A DNA stretch of 64,000 nt from Camelus dromedarius (taxonomy: Eukaryota). The position numbers were made by a program, and so were the translations under genes. Below are positions 43,316 through 58,085 of this stretch, one piece after another (the stretch's first letter is position 1; each line of letters starts with the position of its first letter). Under the pieces are notes generated by a model that had not been told where the DNA came from, did no database searches, and saw only the letters and a list, made by a program, of their open reading frames with translations. Location: contig NC_087449.1 of NCBI RefSeq assembly GCF_036321535.1, forward strand, positions 60,760,001 to 60,824,000, read 5' to 3'.

Positions 43316-46300
43316 GCAATGAGATTAACAGAACAGCGAGGAAAAGGATAATGGTAGGAGAGCATGTATCCGACGTGGTCCTATGTGCTAAGAGTTTTGT
43401 ACACCAGCTCCTGTTGAATTGAAGCCTGTGGGTTAGGTGCCATTTTATTTTCATCTTAAAGATGAGGGATCTGAGCGAGTGAAGCAGAGGGAAGCTTAGG
43501 GGCTCCTGCCTGATATCTTGGCAAAGACGTGGCGGTGCCTCTTAGCTGGGATTTGATTGGCCGGAGACTTGATTGGCAGGAGAACTGAGCAGCATCCAGA
43601 AGCAGCCAGTACGCTTGAGCCTTTCTCACACTTCAGGCCCTAAGAAAGGGCTAAGAAAGGGCGTGTGTGCTTCTCAAATGGCAACTTCTGTGTATTTAAA
43701 AATTTCCTATTGAAAATCCCAGCCTTAACCCATTCACAAAATAGTGTCTGGGGTCCTTTCTTGGCTGCAGCCCTGGTCGTATTCACCAAAGAGAAAAGAG
43801 CTTCACACAAGAGCCGCCGGCTTTGCGAGGACCAGGGAGAGCGTCTGGGGGTTTGTGGAGAGCGGCAGCTGGCAGGAAGCTCCCTGAAAGAAATACAGGA
43901 ATCCCCACCCACCCATGAGCTGCGTCTGCTTTACCCGTTAGTAAGCGGGCTTGCGATGTGCGATGTGCCCGGCACTGCAGGCATTTGGCTGCCCCACCAA
44001 GTGGGCCCCCTGTTAATGATTTTGGTTGTTTTTGTTGAGGAACCTGAGATAGAGAGGGCAAGCCGCTTACTCAAGGTCACTTGGGGAAGAAGTAGGGCTT
44101 GAACTCTATTTGTTTGATTCCAGAGCTGACCTCTGAGCTCTGCCACCTTCTCTAGTGATGCGGGAGGTGGACTAGGGGGAGCGCACCCTGGACCACGGTC
44201 ACTGCCCCTCCACCACATGCAGAGAGCCACAGACCCAGGACAGGGCCCCAGGGCATTCCGGAGTATGGGGCGATGACCACCAGCTTCTCTGTGAACGCCC
44301 AGCACTGAGGTTTTGCCAGCATTTTACATCAAGTCTCATTTTCACTGCCAAAGGTATGTTATGTGTGGAAGGATGACTTCTGAATCTGAAAGTTCTGCTT
44401 GGTGAAGAGATGGTCTAACATTAAAACTACATACTATAAAAAAAAAAAAACCAAAAACCCAAAACTACAAACTACATTTTTTGAGGGGGGTTCTGAAGCT
44501 TGAGGTGAGTAATTTCATCTCCCAATATTTCAACCATGCTGCATCTATGAACAGATGAACAATTTTGAAGTTTTTCTACAGGAGACTAAGAAAATTAAGG
44601 CTTCTTGTGAAAATACTAGGTGTAAAATTTAGAAAAAAGGAATTCTATTTTCTGTTAATTTCCATTAAAAAATGAATATACATATACATACTCCCTGGAA
44701 GGAACTGATGCCAGCCAGGACAGATGTATATAAGTGTCCTTGAAAATCCAACCAAACTATAAACATTTATTATTTTTTCTTCCTGTCAAACAAGGATTTC
44801 TGACAACATACAAATAACAAGCCTTAAAGGCAAACCAGTCATGGAATGAAAACCCCAGGGGCAACGGTGAGAGAACATAAGGGGGACACCCTGGTAAGGG
44901 GGCTGCAGAGGAAGGGGTGTGGGAAAGTGAACGTGGGCTGGGGAGGGCAGCAGGTGGGTGGGAATCCTGTTTCTGCTGCTAAGTAGCCAGGGAACGGTGC
45001 CTTCTGTCAACTCTGCCTCCCTTCTCTCCAACGGGCCTACAGTCGCCAGCATCACGGGCAAGGTTGACGGGTGAGAGGAAGGGTGTGCTGTGGACCAGGT
45101 GCCTGCTGCTCGGTAAGCACTTAATAAAAGACGCCATCGGTGATGCCGTGATTGTGGCTATGGTTTGTATAAATCTTTCCCCAAACTGTGAATTCCACAA
45201 ATTTGAAAGCTCCCTGGCTCTGCGTTGTCTGGGGACCCTGACACAGGTTCCACTTGGCCATTTCAGATCCTTCTCGGCTGAAGGATGTCTAGCGCCAAGC
45301 AGGCTGGCACGTCCCCTGCATTGTGTATGAATGAGGCAGCCCATGAATAATGCATGTGAAGCCTGATTATGTAAATCCTCAGGTTTTCAGTGCATGACAA
45401 TGGCCTTTTTGGGGCCCTTTGCCGTCCCATTCCGTGGTCTGGTGTCTCTGTTTTGGGGCCTAGTGCACCAAGCCCTGGTTGGGGGTGGGGTGCTCCGGGG
45501 AGGGGTGAGCTCTCCAGAGGGCACATCAAAGGAAGAGTCAGGACTCTCACTGGCCCAGCTTTCCCTGGAATCGCTTGGTGAGAAAGGAAACTGTCCTCTG
45601 CCTGAGGCAGCCCCATGACACACGCCGACTGAGGCCTGTGATGTTTAATTCAGGGCGGTGAGTGCTAGAAAAGCCACATCCGGGCTTCCTCAGAGCAGAG
45701 CAGCCACTCATTTCTGGGGCTACAAGCCAGCAGGCTTGCTGTCTGGAAACCCAGCGCCTGGAAGGTTTGCAGGGTGGAGGGCACGCTTCTGCAAGCAACT
45801 CATCTGACCATCACTTCCTGGTTGAAGAGGAGGGCGTCCTTCTATGACCTTCTATGGCTTGGCTTCCTTAGAGCTCATGCAGGTAACACACACCCACGCA
45901 CACACACACAGCATGTACACGTACACACATGCACAAACACACCACCCCAAATCAGAAAGACTAACAGTTACAAGGAGGAGACTGAGGCTAGGCCTGCAGA
46001 AAGTGCAGGAACCAGGGTCTGAGAGATCTGGGGCAAGGTCTGGGCTCGGTCTACCTGCTACTCTGTGAACATGGGCAAGTCTCAACTCTCGGAGGCTCAA
46101 TTTCCTCATCTGTAAAATGGGAATCGTCACAATAACCAGGCAGGGCTAGCAGAGGCACTGATAACCCTGATCATGGTGGCAGAGCACGGGTGGGGCCCAG
46201 GGCCTGCTGATGGCAGGCACCAGGAGACGGGGGCTGCGCTGGTTTCCTCTGTTTGCCTGATCCCTGCCTTGAGACGTGCTCTACCTCAGGCAGGAGTTAA

Positions 46301-47454
46301 GGACAAGGGAGAGTGACTATTTAGGAGTCGCTGTTGCGGTGGCCAGTGGGCCTAGAGACACGCCACTGCCTGCAGGAGTGAGCAGCGATGGACGTAAACT
46401 GCGAAGAAGCCCGGGGAGCCCCCTGCTGCCCCTGGTGCGGCGCGGGGCTGCGGAGAGCTTCCGAAGCTGCTGCTGGGGGCCGCTCATGCCTGCCTCGCCG
46501 TGGGGGGAGCATTCGGCAGCAGGTTCTACTGGGTCCGAGGCAGTGCTCACCTCCCAGACCACGCATGCGGGCGGCCGGCCACAGGCAGAAGAGCAGCATC
46601 CACCTGTCTGTCGAGTGCCAGGCCCTGGGCTGTGTGCTTTACAGGCAGGGCGAGTATCCCTCAGCGCCTGAAACCATTTGGCTCCTGAGCTCAGACAGCG
46701 AGAGCTTGGACAGCGAGGGATACCTGCACTGTATTCAGTCCTCACAGCAGCCCTGCAAGGCAGGTGCTGTTATGCCCATTTACTAATGAGGAAGGCAAGG
46801 CTCAGAGAGGGGGATGGATTTGCACAAGGTCACACAGTTAATAAGTGGAGGGATTTGAGCCCAGGACTGGCTGATTCCTGTGTCTTGTGACAGATGAGAT
46901 ACCAGGGTGAGGGGAGGAGGTGGCTTCTTTTGGCTGGATCGCCAGCCTGAGTCTCAGTCTTGGTTTCTCAAGCCAATGGTCCCACCAAGTTCATGCCAGG
47001 AAGCAAATCCCTCATCCTCATGCCTTTCCTCTGTGGCTCCTACAGCCTGGAGTGTACACCTGTCCATCCCTTTGGTGGGCAAATCCACCAATTCTCCTTT
47101 GCAACTCAGTGCAGGTATCACCACTTGGAAACCACTCCCTGAATTCTCTAGGCTCGGCTGAGTGCCCTCCTCTGGATCTGGATAGAGCCCTTACCCCATT
47201 AAGTCAGCCTGAAGTCAGCTCTTTACCCATACGTTCTGCACTAAAGGATATGTTCTTCAAGGACATCCATCCATCCATCCACCTGTCCATCCATCCATTC
47301 ATCCATCCATCCACCAAATATTTAATGGGTGTCTACTACATTCTGGGCACTCAGAATAGCAAACCCAAATCTTTACTCTCAGAGAGCTTATTCATCTGTG
47401 TATCCCCACTACCTGGCAGAACAATAAAATTAAGAACAATAGCTACCACTTCAA

Positions 47455-47600
47455 AAAATTCAGGATGTTCACTAAACTTATTGTGGTACTCATTTCATGA
47501 GGTCTGTAAGTCAAATCATTATGCTGTAGACCTTAAATTTAATACACTGCTGTATGTCAATTATAGCTCAATAATACTGGTAGGAAAAATAGTTATCTGA
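47455..47600 (+). mobile_element. L1M 3' end fragment
   Basis: tgtaagtcaaatcattatgctgtagaccttaaa...tgctgtatgtcaattatagctcaata. Confidence 0.7.
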
Positions 47601-47854
47601 ATAGCAAGAACAAAATACACGAATGATCAAAAGTTAAAAAGAATACAGATGAGCTCAACTATGATTCCCAGAGAGGCTAAGAAACCTGCCTGAAGTCACA
47701 CAGTAAATGGTAGAGCTAGAGTCTAAACCTGAATCTGTCTGATGCTAAAGCTATTCTGCCACCTTCCTTTGCATCGGTCAACGCATTCTGCATCCTCTGG
47801 GTCCCCCTGGGACCTCAGTTGGCCGTTTCTAAAGGGAGCCAGAAGGCAGCTTCA

Positions 47855-48088
<234 letters not shown>

Positions 48089-48529
48089 TCACCATCTTCC
48101 TCACTCACCATCAGTGTCCCTGACCTGGGAGCTTCCCAAAACACTCCCGGATACGCCCAACTTAGTGGTTTCCTTACAAGCGGGAGGGAATGATGACGAT
48201 TTGGGGAGAAGGGCACAGAATAAACAGCTAATCAGCTCTGTAAGTGTGGCGTGAGGCCGGCGAAGGTTATGCTACCAGCCCCTCCCAATTTCCCAGAGAG
48301 GGTGGGGGAGCTGATGCCACGGAAAACAGGATGGAATCATGCAAAGCACACACGTGGTGAAACATCAGGCAGATTCATAAAAGGTGCGCCTGATCGCTTA
48401 AGAGAGAGTAGGGCACTTCAACCGCTGCTTTCTCACCCAGAGACTTGCCTCTGTCAGGCCCCGGTCATCATCCCGTGTCACTGCTCCCCCCACCCCCACC
48501 CAGGCCTTTGTCCTCCTGTTCTGGTCCTA

Positions 48530-48826
<297 letters not shown>

Positions 48827-49262
48827 CTACGAGAGAGCGTTTCGCAGATAAGAGGCCTGGCCCCAGGCTGCTGGTGGCCACGCTAAGGAGGCAAACATCT
48901 AATTCTGTTTCATTCCTTTTTCACAGTTGCAGAGGACAAACACATGCTTTGTAACGAGTGCAACTGGGGCTCTTAGGACGACTTTCATTTCCCCCTCTGC
49001 GTCCATTTACACTATGCCTTTCTGAGAACGGGGGCAAAAAATGACAACAGATACAAACATTCATTCTTACTACCCAGTTTTTCAAGGAATTCAGCTATGC
49101 AATTTCCAACCCATGCTGGGATTGTAGACGGGTCCCGCAGAGCTATTATAACAAGTAAGTATGTCTGCAGGGTTGATGTTTAGTTAAACTATCCCGTGGT
49201 TAACACTGCCTGCAGGGGACGCAGGTTTGGACAGGAAGGGAACTGGTGCTAGATGCACATAC

Positions 49263-49358
49263 CAGCTTTTCACTGAGATCTAAAGCCTCAGCCATGTCCA
49301 TTTTCCCTAACTTCTCGGTGGCCAGGATGGGCCCTGGGCTGGAAAGGCCATTTTGAGG
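49263..49358 (-). CDS. FHAD1: FHAD1 96-bp exon (PQNGLSSPGPILATEKLGKMDMAEALDLSEKL)
   Basis: T23-preceded TTTCAG acceptor, GTATGT donor, phase 0-0. Confidence 0.9.
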
Positions 49359-49622
49359 CTGAAATTGGAAAAAAAAAAAAAAAAAAAAAAAGAAGAAGAA
49401 ATAAAAACTCTTGGCATTCTATTACGAATTTCTACATCCAGAAGAATAACCGAACACTGGAAGTTTACTGAATAACTCAAGAGAGTCGATTTTAAATCCA
49501 GTCTGACTCCTCTGTGAACTGCTTCCTTATAACCGTGTTCCTACCCCTTCAGAGCACAACTCTCTTTGAAACGACACATCACTTGTCCCGTTCTTTGTTC
49601 ACCGTCTGTCTCCCCTCTAGAC

Positions 49623-49837
49623 CAGCAGGTCTCAACCAGGGGTGACTTTGCCCACCCTCCCCCGCTGCCGGGACACTTAGCAATGCCTGGACACGTTTGT
49701 GGTTGTTGTAATTGCTACTGGCATCCATGGGTAGAGGACAAGGTTGCTGCTTAACACCCCATGATACACAGGACAGTTCCCCCCAAAAAGAGTTAGCTGG
49801 CTCAAAAAATCAGCAGCACTGAGGTCGAGAAACCCTG
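49623..49837 (+). mobile_element. MER20 hAT-Charlie MITE
   Basis: cagcaggtctcaacc...ggacacttagcaatgcctgga...gagaaaccctg; flanks ctctagac / gtctagat (NTCTAGAN-type target). Confidence 0.9.
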
Positions 49838-50254
49838 GTCTAGATGACAAGCTCCAGAGAAATGGGGACCATGTGGCTTTTGCTTACTGTCTCCTTCCGT
49901 GTGCCCAGCATGGCACCGGGCACAGAGTGGTGCATAGTGGGCATGTTTGTTGAATGAATGAATGAAGGTTAAATAGAAAACAGCCACCCTCCTTTTATTA
50001 AGGGAATCTCATTTTTATATAGCAAAATCTACACCCTCACAAAATCTGGCCAGACTGTCTCCTGGCGCTAGAGCCTGGTGGGTGGGCATCACTTTAGACC
50101 CTTCCCAGAGGCAGTGCAGAGCGGTGTTTGCAGCTGTGTGCTCGCTAAGACCCCAGCCAGCCAGCTGGCTGCTGAAAGCCCAGCTGACTGCGTGGAAAGG
50201 ACCCCAGCCTGAACAGGGAACTGATCTGAAGGCCCACGAATAACAGACCTCATT

Positions 50255-50318
50255 AAAAGCATGATGCTGTACACCAGAAACTGACACATTGTAGCTGACT
50301 ATACTTCAATTAAAAAAA
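50255..50318 (+). mobile_element. very short L1 3' tail, same family as 6063-6367
   Basis: atgctgtacaccagaaactgacacattgtagctgactatacttcaattaaaaaaa aligns with the reverse complement of 6063-6118. Confidence 0.75.
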
Positions 50319-50912
50319 CATTGGGTTTTAAGTGCTTCCCATGAGCATCTCTTAGCCCATGGCATGTGTTGGCTACATTGCAAACTTCTGAGATTTAAAA
50401 AAAAAAAGTACAAAAATATAAAGGCCCCTAAGTGACTGTGATAGATAAGAGTGGACACATTTCTCTGTCTATAGCAATGAGAATAAAGAGGGCTTTCGCA
50501 GATGACAGTAAGGGCAGATCTACTGCAAAAACCACCTGGGACGCCGCTCAGTGTCTCCAGCTCCCCTGAGCTGCGTCCTCTGCGCCCCTCCAGGTCCCCC
50601 CTCTTTTCCTGAGGGAGGCTCACTGAGGAGGAGCTTGGGCTTCGAGTTCAGTCACACAGTCCCCGCCCCCGTCTCTGCAGGCTAGCAGACGGACCACCAG
50701 GGACAGAGTCCAGGCTTCTTCATTCCTTATTCTGTGACCTTGGTTGGGGCACTTGACCTCTAGAAGCCTTAACTTTTCCTATCTGTTAAGTGGGGATAAG
50801 AATAGTAACTATGACACAAGGCTGCTGCGAGGGTTAAATGAGGCACTGCGTGTAGTGGGCTGAGCTCAGTGCCTGGCGCACAGTAAGCACTTCTTAGATG
50901 TCAGCTATTCTT

Positions 50913-51047
50913 TGTTGTCGTTACTTATTTACTCACTGGGGGAGGGCACGTAATCAGGTTTATGTATTTCAGTGGAGATACTGGGGATTGAGCCCAGGAC
51001 CTCGTGCATGCTAAGCACGCTCCACCACTGAGCCGTACCCTCTGCCA
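50913..51047 (-). mobile_element. tRNA-derived SINE, camelid Vic-1 type, inserted at the end of a MIR (50720-50912)
   Basis: reverse GAGGGTACGGCTCAGTGG...GGCTCAATCCCCAG; exact 12-bp TSD tcagctattctt (50901-50912 / 51048-51059). Confidence 0.88.
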
Positions 51048-52089
51048 TCAGCTATTCTTCCTCCTGCTCCTTCTCTTTTAATTCTAACTGTGGCCAACTT
51101 TGGAGGATTGGGAGTTGGGAGGTTTCTGGCTGTGTGGTGTCAGTGGTGGGATGAGGGGTCTCTCCCCAGAAGAAGGTAACTCTTCGAAGCAGGATCAGGA
51201 TATGAGCTCCCCACCTGGAGATGGTCCCTCCACTCCCAACCTCGGAGAATGAGGGTTTGATTTTACCAGGAAAACCAATACATTTCTGAAGACTCCCATC
51301 TCTAACAAATGTCTAGAAAAATGGCTGGAGAGAACACTGTTGCAGATAGGATGACTTTGTTATTTCTTCCTAATGTCCATGGACGGTTTAGATCCAGCTG
51401 CAGCAGGATTTAGATCCCGTAATTAACACAGAGCAGAGCTGTCCATTGTCATGTGTCAATCAAACGCCCCATCAAACATCCATTTAGGGGACAGGGCACC
51501 TTCAACCTAACAGTCAAATTACTTTAGAAAATCCTGGCAAATCAAACTGTGCCCTAAGGAAGGGAGGCTTTCTTGAATAATACTATCTAAATACTACTTA
51601 ATAATAATAACAGCTGTCATTTATTAAGTGTTGACTATGAGCTAGGCACTGGCATAAGCACTTTACATAATTATCTCCTTTAGTTTTTCCATCATCATTT
51701 TACAGCTGGGCAGGGGAGTCCCAGAAAGGTTAAGAGCCCACCCAAGGTCACACAGCTTGCGGAGCTGGGATTAGGGAACCGGTCTCTGATTCTAGACCTT
51801 GTGTCCCCTTAATCATCATGGCTCCCTCCTGCTACCCTTTATGTGTTCATGTGATTCAGTTTACAGCAAAAAGCAAACTTTTGGCAAACTCATGGTGTAA
51901 ATTAGCCTGTTGACTATTTGTTGCAGAATTTAACATGTGATGTGAAAAGGAGGGTCCCAAGATAGATCTGGCCAGTGTCAGTGCAATGACACCTCATGCT
52001 GTGCACAATGGGACGCTGCCTTTCTACTCCAACATCGGACTGTGGACGGCCAGGCACTGATGCTGGTCGGTACAGTTGCTAGCCCATCA

Positions 52090-52353
<264 letters not shown>

Positions 52354-52933
52354 TTAGACTCAAAAGAAAGGCTCAGGAAGAAGTTATTGTATGTAATCAT
52401 CACCCCTGCTGTTTACTGGATGCTTACCATGGGCCGGTGTTCATCCTTACAATCCTTCCTTGGCAAGTGAGGAACTGAGGCCCAGAGAGGTGAACTGACT
52501 TGTCCAAGGACACACAGCCAGTATAAGACTGCAGCCTCACAGGTCCGAGGCGTTGAGGGTAAACCTCCAGCCACAGGTGCGGGGGTGTAACTTGAACCTG
52601 GGCTTCTGGGTCCTAGCCCAGTGCTCCACCCAGCAGGAAGCTTGGTTTCTTGAGAGCCCTATCCACTCTAAACAGAGTATTTATTACAGGAAGTTCCCCA
52701 AGGTCAATCGTTGCACAATGTCAGTCTGTGACAAAGTTTCTACCGGGCCACAGTAAAATGAGAAAAAGGACAATATAGTGAGTTTTTCATGAAATACTAT
52801 TTATTTAATATTAACGCCTGCCCGTGACTGAGAGATCATGTCTGCCCCATCTTTTTTTTTTTTTTTGTATTATGACCTCCTTTCAGTGATGAGATGATGG
52901 GTTTAGAAGACGGTGGTCCTGGCAAATCGGTCA

Positions 52934-53179
<246 letters not shown>

Positions 53180-53647
53180 TCAGAATCTCTCTCTTATGTT
53201 CAAGGAAGCATGAACAATTCACGGACAGCAGAAACTCTGGCGGTTAGTACCTTGGAATGTATTGTTAAGGGGCTTCAGCAGAGAAGGAATTCAAAATTTT
53301 CATTTCAAATGTAAAGTCACATCTAGGAAAATTTCCAACTTTCCCACCTTCTTAGCATCACTGTAAATGAGAGACACCCTCCATATGTTCCCTCCCCACA
53401 TTTTACTTATTTTTTTCTTCTCATATTCTTCTAAGCTTGGGTTTCCACTTGTCACTCTGGTCTCATCTCTGAACAATCACATCGAATTCTGCTCCTGGAG
53501 GGGCATTTTCAGATGAGGATAAGCGATACTCTCTTCTTAGCTGGTAATAAGGATGGTGGTCAAATATTTGCTAGGGGGAATTAGATGGTCTGGCTCTTGG
53601 CTGGTGTAGAGAAAGGAAAACACCCCTCTGGAACTTCTGGAGTCCCT

Positions 53648-53732
53648 GGAACAGTGTGGTCCGACAGAACTTTCTGTGATGATCGCAATGTCCCGTATCT
53701 GCACCATCCAATATGGTAGCCATGTAGCTAGA
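53648..53732 (+). mobile_element. MER3-like hAT-Charlie fragment
   Basis: cagtgtggtccgacagaactttctgtgatgat...ccaatatggtagcca. Confidence 0.75.
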
Positions 53733-53774
53733 GTTGGGTTTACGAAGGGCACATATAAGGAGAGATCGCCTTCA

Positions 53775-53940
53775 TCTTTTTAGGGTCACGGACATCCCTT
53801 TGAGATTAGGAAGAGTGCAGGCTTCCTTCCTCCAGAAAAAGTCACATATGCACAAAAATTTGCATACAACTTCTGGAGGTTCAGTCATGGACTGAAATAA
53901 ATAAAAAGCCCAGTCATAGACTCCAAATTAAACAGTGCTT
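53775..53940. mobile_element. Charlie4z/MER103-like hAT fragment (tentative)
   Basis: gggtcacggac..ctttgaga...ccagaaaaa..cacatatgcacaaaaatttgcatacaa. Confidence 0.5.
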
Positions 53941-53954
53941 CTCTAGGGTCCGTG

Positions 53955-54300
53955 ACTCATTCATTCACTCATTCATTCACTTCACAATGAATCTCAGTGC
54001 ACATTTGTGGAGCATTTTTATGTGCCATGCCCTGCTCTAGGCCCTGGGGACTCAGCCGTGAAGACTGGCAAAACCCCTGCTGCCAAGGAGTCTGCGTCCT
54101 AGTGGGAGGAGACAGAAGATAAGATAGTCACGGAAAATACACGGTGGGCAGTGATAGATGTCAAGGAGGGAAACTGGAAATGGGATGGGATGTTGGGAGT
54201 GATTTTCAGATACAGATCTTGCTTCTAGCAAAGGCCACAGACAAAATGGCAAGAAAGGGAAGAAATGGTCGATTTGCTTCTTTTACAACAATCTTATAAC
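53955..54300 (-). mobile_element. L2 fragment
   Basis: tcattcattcactcattcattc...tgtgccatgccctgctctaggccctggggactcagc. Confidence 0.7.
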
Positions 54301-55739
54301 AGTTTCGGTTCAGGGAGAGAGAGAGAGGCGGCACCCAGACACTGTCTTAGGCGCCAGGGAGAGGAGGGGAACCAGGTGGACAGGCTCTGCTGCTGGGGCC
54401 TCATTCCTACGGGGCAGACGCAACGAACAAGCAGACAGGCAGGCAAATAATTCCAGAAAGTGACAAATGCTACCAGGAAAACACAGCAGAGGAGAGGGGA
54501 GGAAGAGATATTTGTTCCGTTTCTTGATTCATCAAATGCTTATTAAAGGCCCACAGGACACGTGCCACGCCCCACGCTGGCCACCAGGGGTACAAGGCCA
54601 GGAGCCCAGCCTGAGGTCCTCCTAGGGCTGCTCCTCCCCACCCCCACACGTCCCCACCACTCATCCCTGCATTTCCTCCAGGCTCTGCTCCCAACCTCCT
54701 TCTGCAGAGCCCCTCCCCCCCACCTTGTCTTTAAGAGCCCCCTCCCTCATGCTACGCTGCCCCAATCCTGCTGTATCTTCCAGGCCTTGGGGGTAGGGCA
54801 GCCACAGCAGCGAAGTTCTGCGACAGACTTTCCTCTGCCTGGAGAGCACTGATGTGACCCTTCCTCGTGGCTCTTCTGGGAATTTGTTTATTTAGAGAAG
54901 AGGGAGATTCTTTCTCATACAACTCTTAGGCCCTCTGACCCACTCTGGTTTACAAAGCAGGAAGCAGGCTGCGTGCGGAAAGCCGCTCTGGGAAAGAACA
55001 AATCCTTTTTCCCTTCTATCCTCAGCCTCCCTCCCCCATCCTCCTCAACAAATTCCATCTCATAACTAAAACCACGGGCGTCCAGTCAACCATCCTTTCC
55101 AGCAAACACGTGCAGAGTCAGAGGGGGTCTGGTGTGGGCAGGGACTCTGGGTACCCTCTCCTGCACCCAGCACAGGGCCTGGCATACAGCAAGTGCTCAA
55201 CAGTTGTTGAATGTGTGAACGAACATGGGCCGGGTCCTGCGCTGAGAGCCTGGGATTCTCCAACGGGAGAGGGACCTGGTCCCAGCCCCTCGGAGCTCAC
55301 AGCTGAGGGAAGCCACTGCAGCCCCTGTGCCCGGCCGCCCGGAGCAAGAAGGAGACACTTCTGTTAAAGTTCTCTGGACGGTGATCAGTGCCAAGGAAGG
55401 CCGGCTGGGCCCTGGCTCACTGCTGTCTGGCAGGGGAAAGGCATCTTTGAGAGAGCAGGAAGCCAAGCTGACACATTTGGCCCTGTTTCCAAGTGAAAAT
55501 CCAAAGCCCATTACTGAAACGTCCTGCTCTCTAGTTTTGTAAAACAGAGGGGGAAAGGGCATCCCCGGACTCCAGGAAAGCCGGGGCCTCGAGGAAGCCC
55601 CGTGCCCGCAGCCCGCCTTCCAGGCGTGCAAAGGCTTCTTTCCGGGCAGAGATCACCAAGAGCCAGCCAGGCAGCATAAACGGCCCGGCTCTCTGGGAAG
55701 GCAGTCTGGACAACGGAGGACGTCCTCTGGACATCTAGG

Positions 55740-56040
55740 AATCTGTTCTACGTATGTACAAGGATATTAACTACAGCAATGGCTGGAAGTAAAAGCAACT
55801 TAAATGTCCATCATCACAAGGCTGGTTGGATAAAAAGGACATGATGGAATTCAATGCCACCGTTTAAAAGAATGAGGTAGATCTTTACACGCTCACTTGA
55901 AAATATGCCCGTTAAATAGTGTCATGTGGGGAAAAAAAGTTGCAGAATACATATGATACCATCATTTGCAAAAAAAAATTCTGTTAAATAAATGTATGTC
56001 TATTTAAGTTTGTGCATGTTTGTGTGTATAAATAAAATTT
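55740..56040 (+). mobile_element. old L1 (L1ME/MC-like) 3' fragment
   Basis: aacttaaatgtccatca...aaaagaatgaggtagatctttac. Confidence 0.7.
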
Positions 56041-56182
56041 ATTTCTCAATGACCCCATGAGATGGTGACTGGCGATATTCTCACTTTCCAGATGAGGGAA
56101 TTGGCCCTCAGGCACGTCCCCAGGGTCTGAGTGGAGGAATCGGGGCTGGAATCTAGGCAGACAGGATCCAGCCTGAGCTTCA

Positions 56183-56707
<525 letters not shown>

Positions 56708-57692
56708 TCAAGTCTTTAAGCCTCCTGCCTGAAGATTTCTAGAGAATTTAGTTCCAGGGGACTTACCGGGTAGTGGCCAGGGAGGAAGGCACCTACCCAG
56801 CCTTGCTTCTGGCCCTGGGTCTGCAGGACACCTGCTGTGGCACATATAGGGGGATTTACTGAGGGGCTGCTGTTTCTAACACTTTGTGGGTGTGGACCTG
56901 TCTATTTCTCATCACGGTCCCAGGGGCTGGGGACTCTCTTTGCCCCATTCTACTGACAATGAAAGACACATGTAGCAATTTGCCTGTGGTCCCAGAGCTT
57001 GTGGTGAAGGCGCCTGGCCTTGAACCCAGGCAGCCTGGGTCCAGAGCCGTTCTCTTAACCACTAGGTGAGTCGGCCTTGGCCATGAGCCATGAGGCATGG
57101 GTAGCAGCTACAGGACATACGTGAGACGTCAGTTTTACTCAAAGTTTCTTGGGAAAAACATTAATCTTATGTCAAAATATGGACACGCTATTGATGAAAA
57201 TGCAAACTCACGTGTATTTTTTTAGACGAATCCATGGGACAACAATATATTTATTTTAAATGGACTTCTGACACTTCCTGTTTATACATTTGTTCAATCA
57301 ATATTTAGGAAGTTCCTTTATATGCGAGGCACTATGTGAATGCTGGGGAGTCAATAGCAGGCATGGTCTACACAGGGTTCCTTGTGGGGAAAGCAGACAC
57401 TTCAACAGGCAGTAGCAGCCTGGCTGTGTGAGTAGCATAAGGTCAAGTGGAGTGCCAGGGCTGAGGGACCCCAAGCAGAGCAGAAGCCCCTGGCTATGTT
57501 TGGTGAGGGTGAGGGATGGAGGGCTTCCTGGAGGAAGTGGCATTTAAGTTGAGCTCTACCTGGAATATTGGGCAGGAATGTCTGAGATACACAGGACTGA
57601 GCAAGGCCTTGTTTTGTTGTGAATGATGACATTGTGAAGCAATGAAACCTATGTCATTTATTCATTCATCTGTTCACTCCTTCAATTCCTCA

Positions 57693-58085
<393 letters not shown>

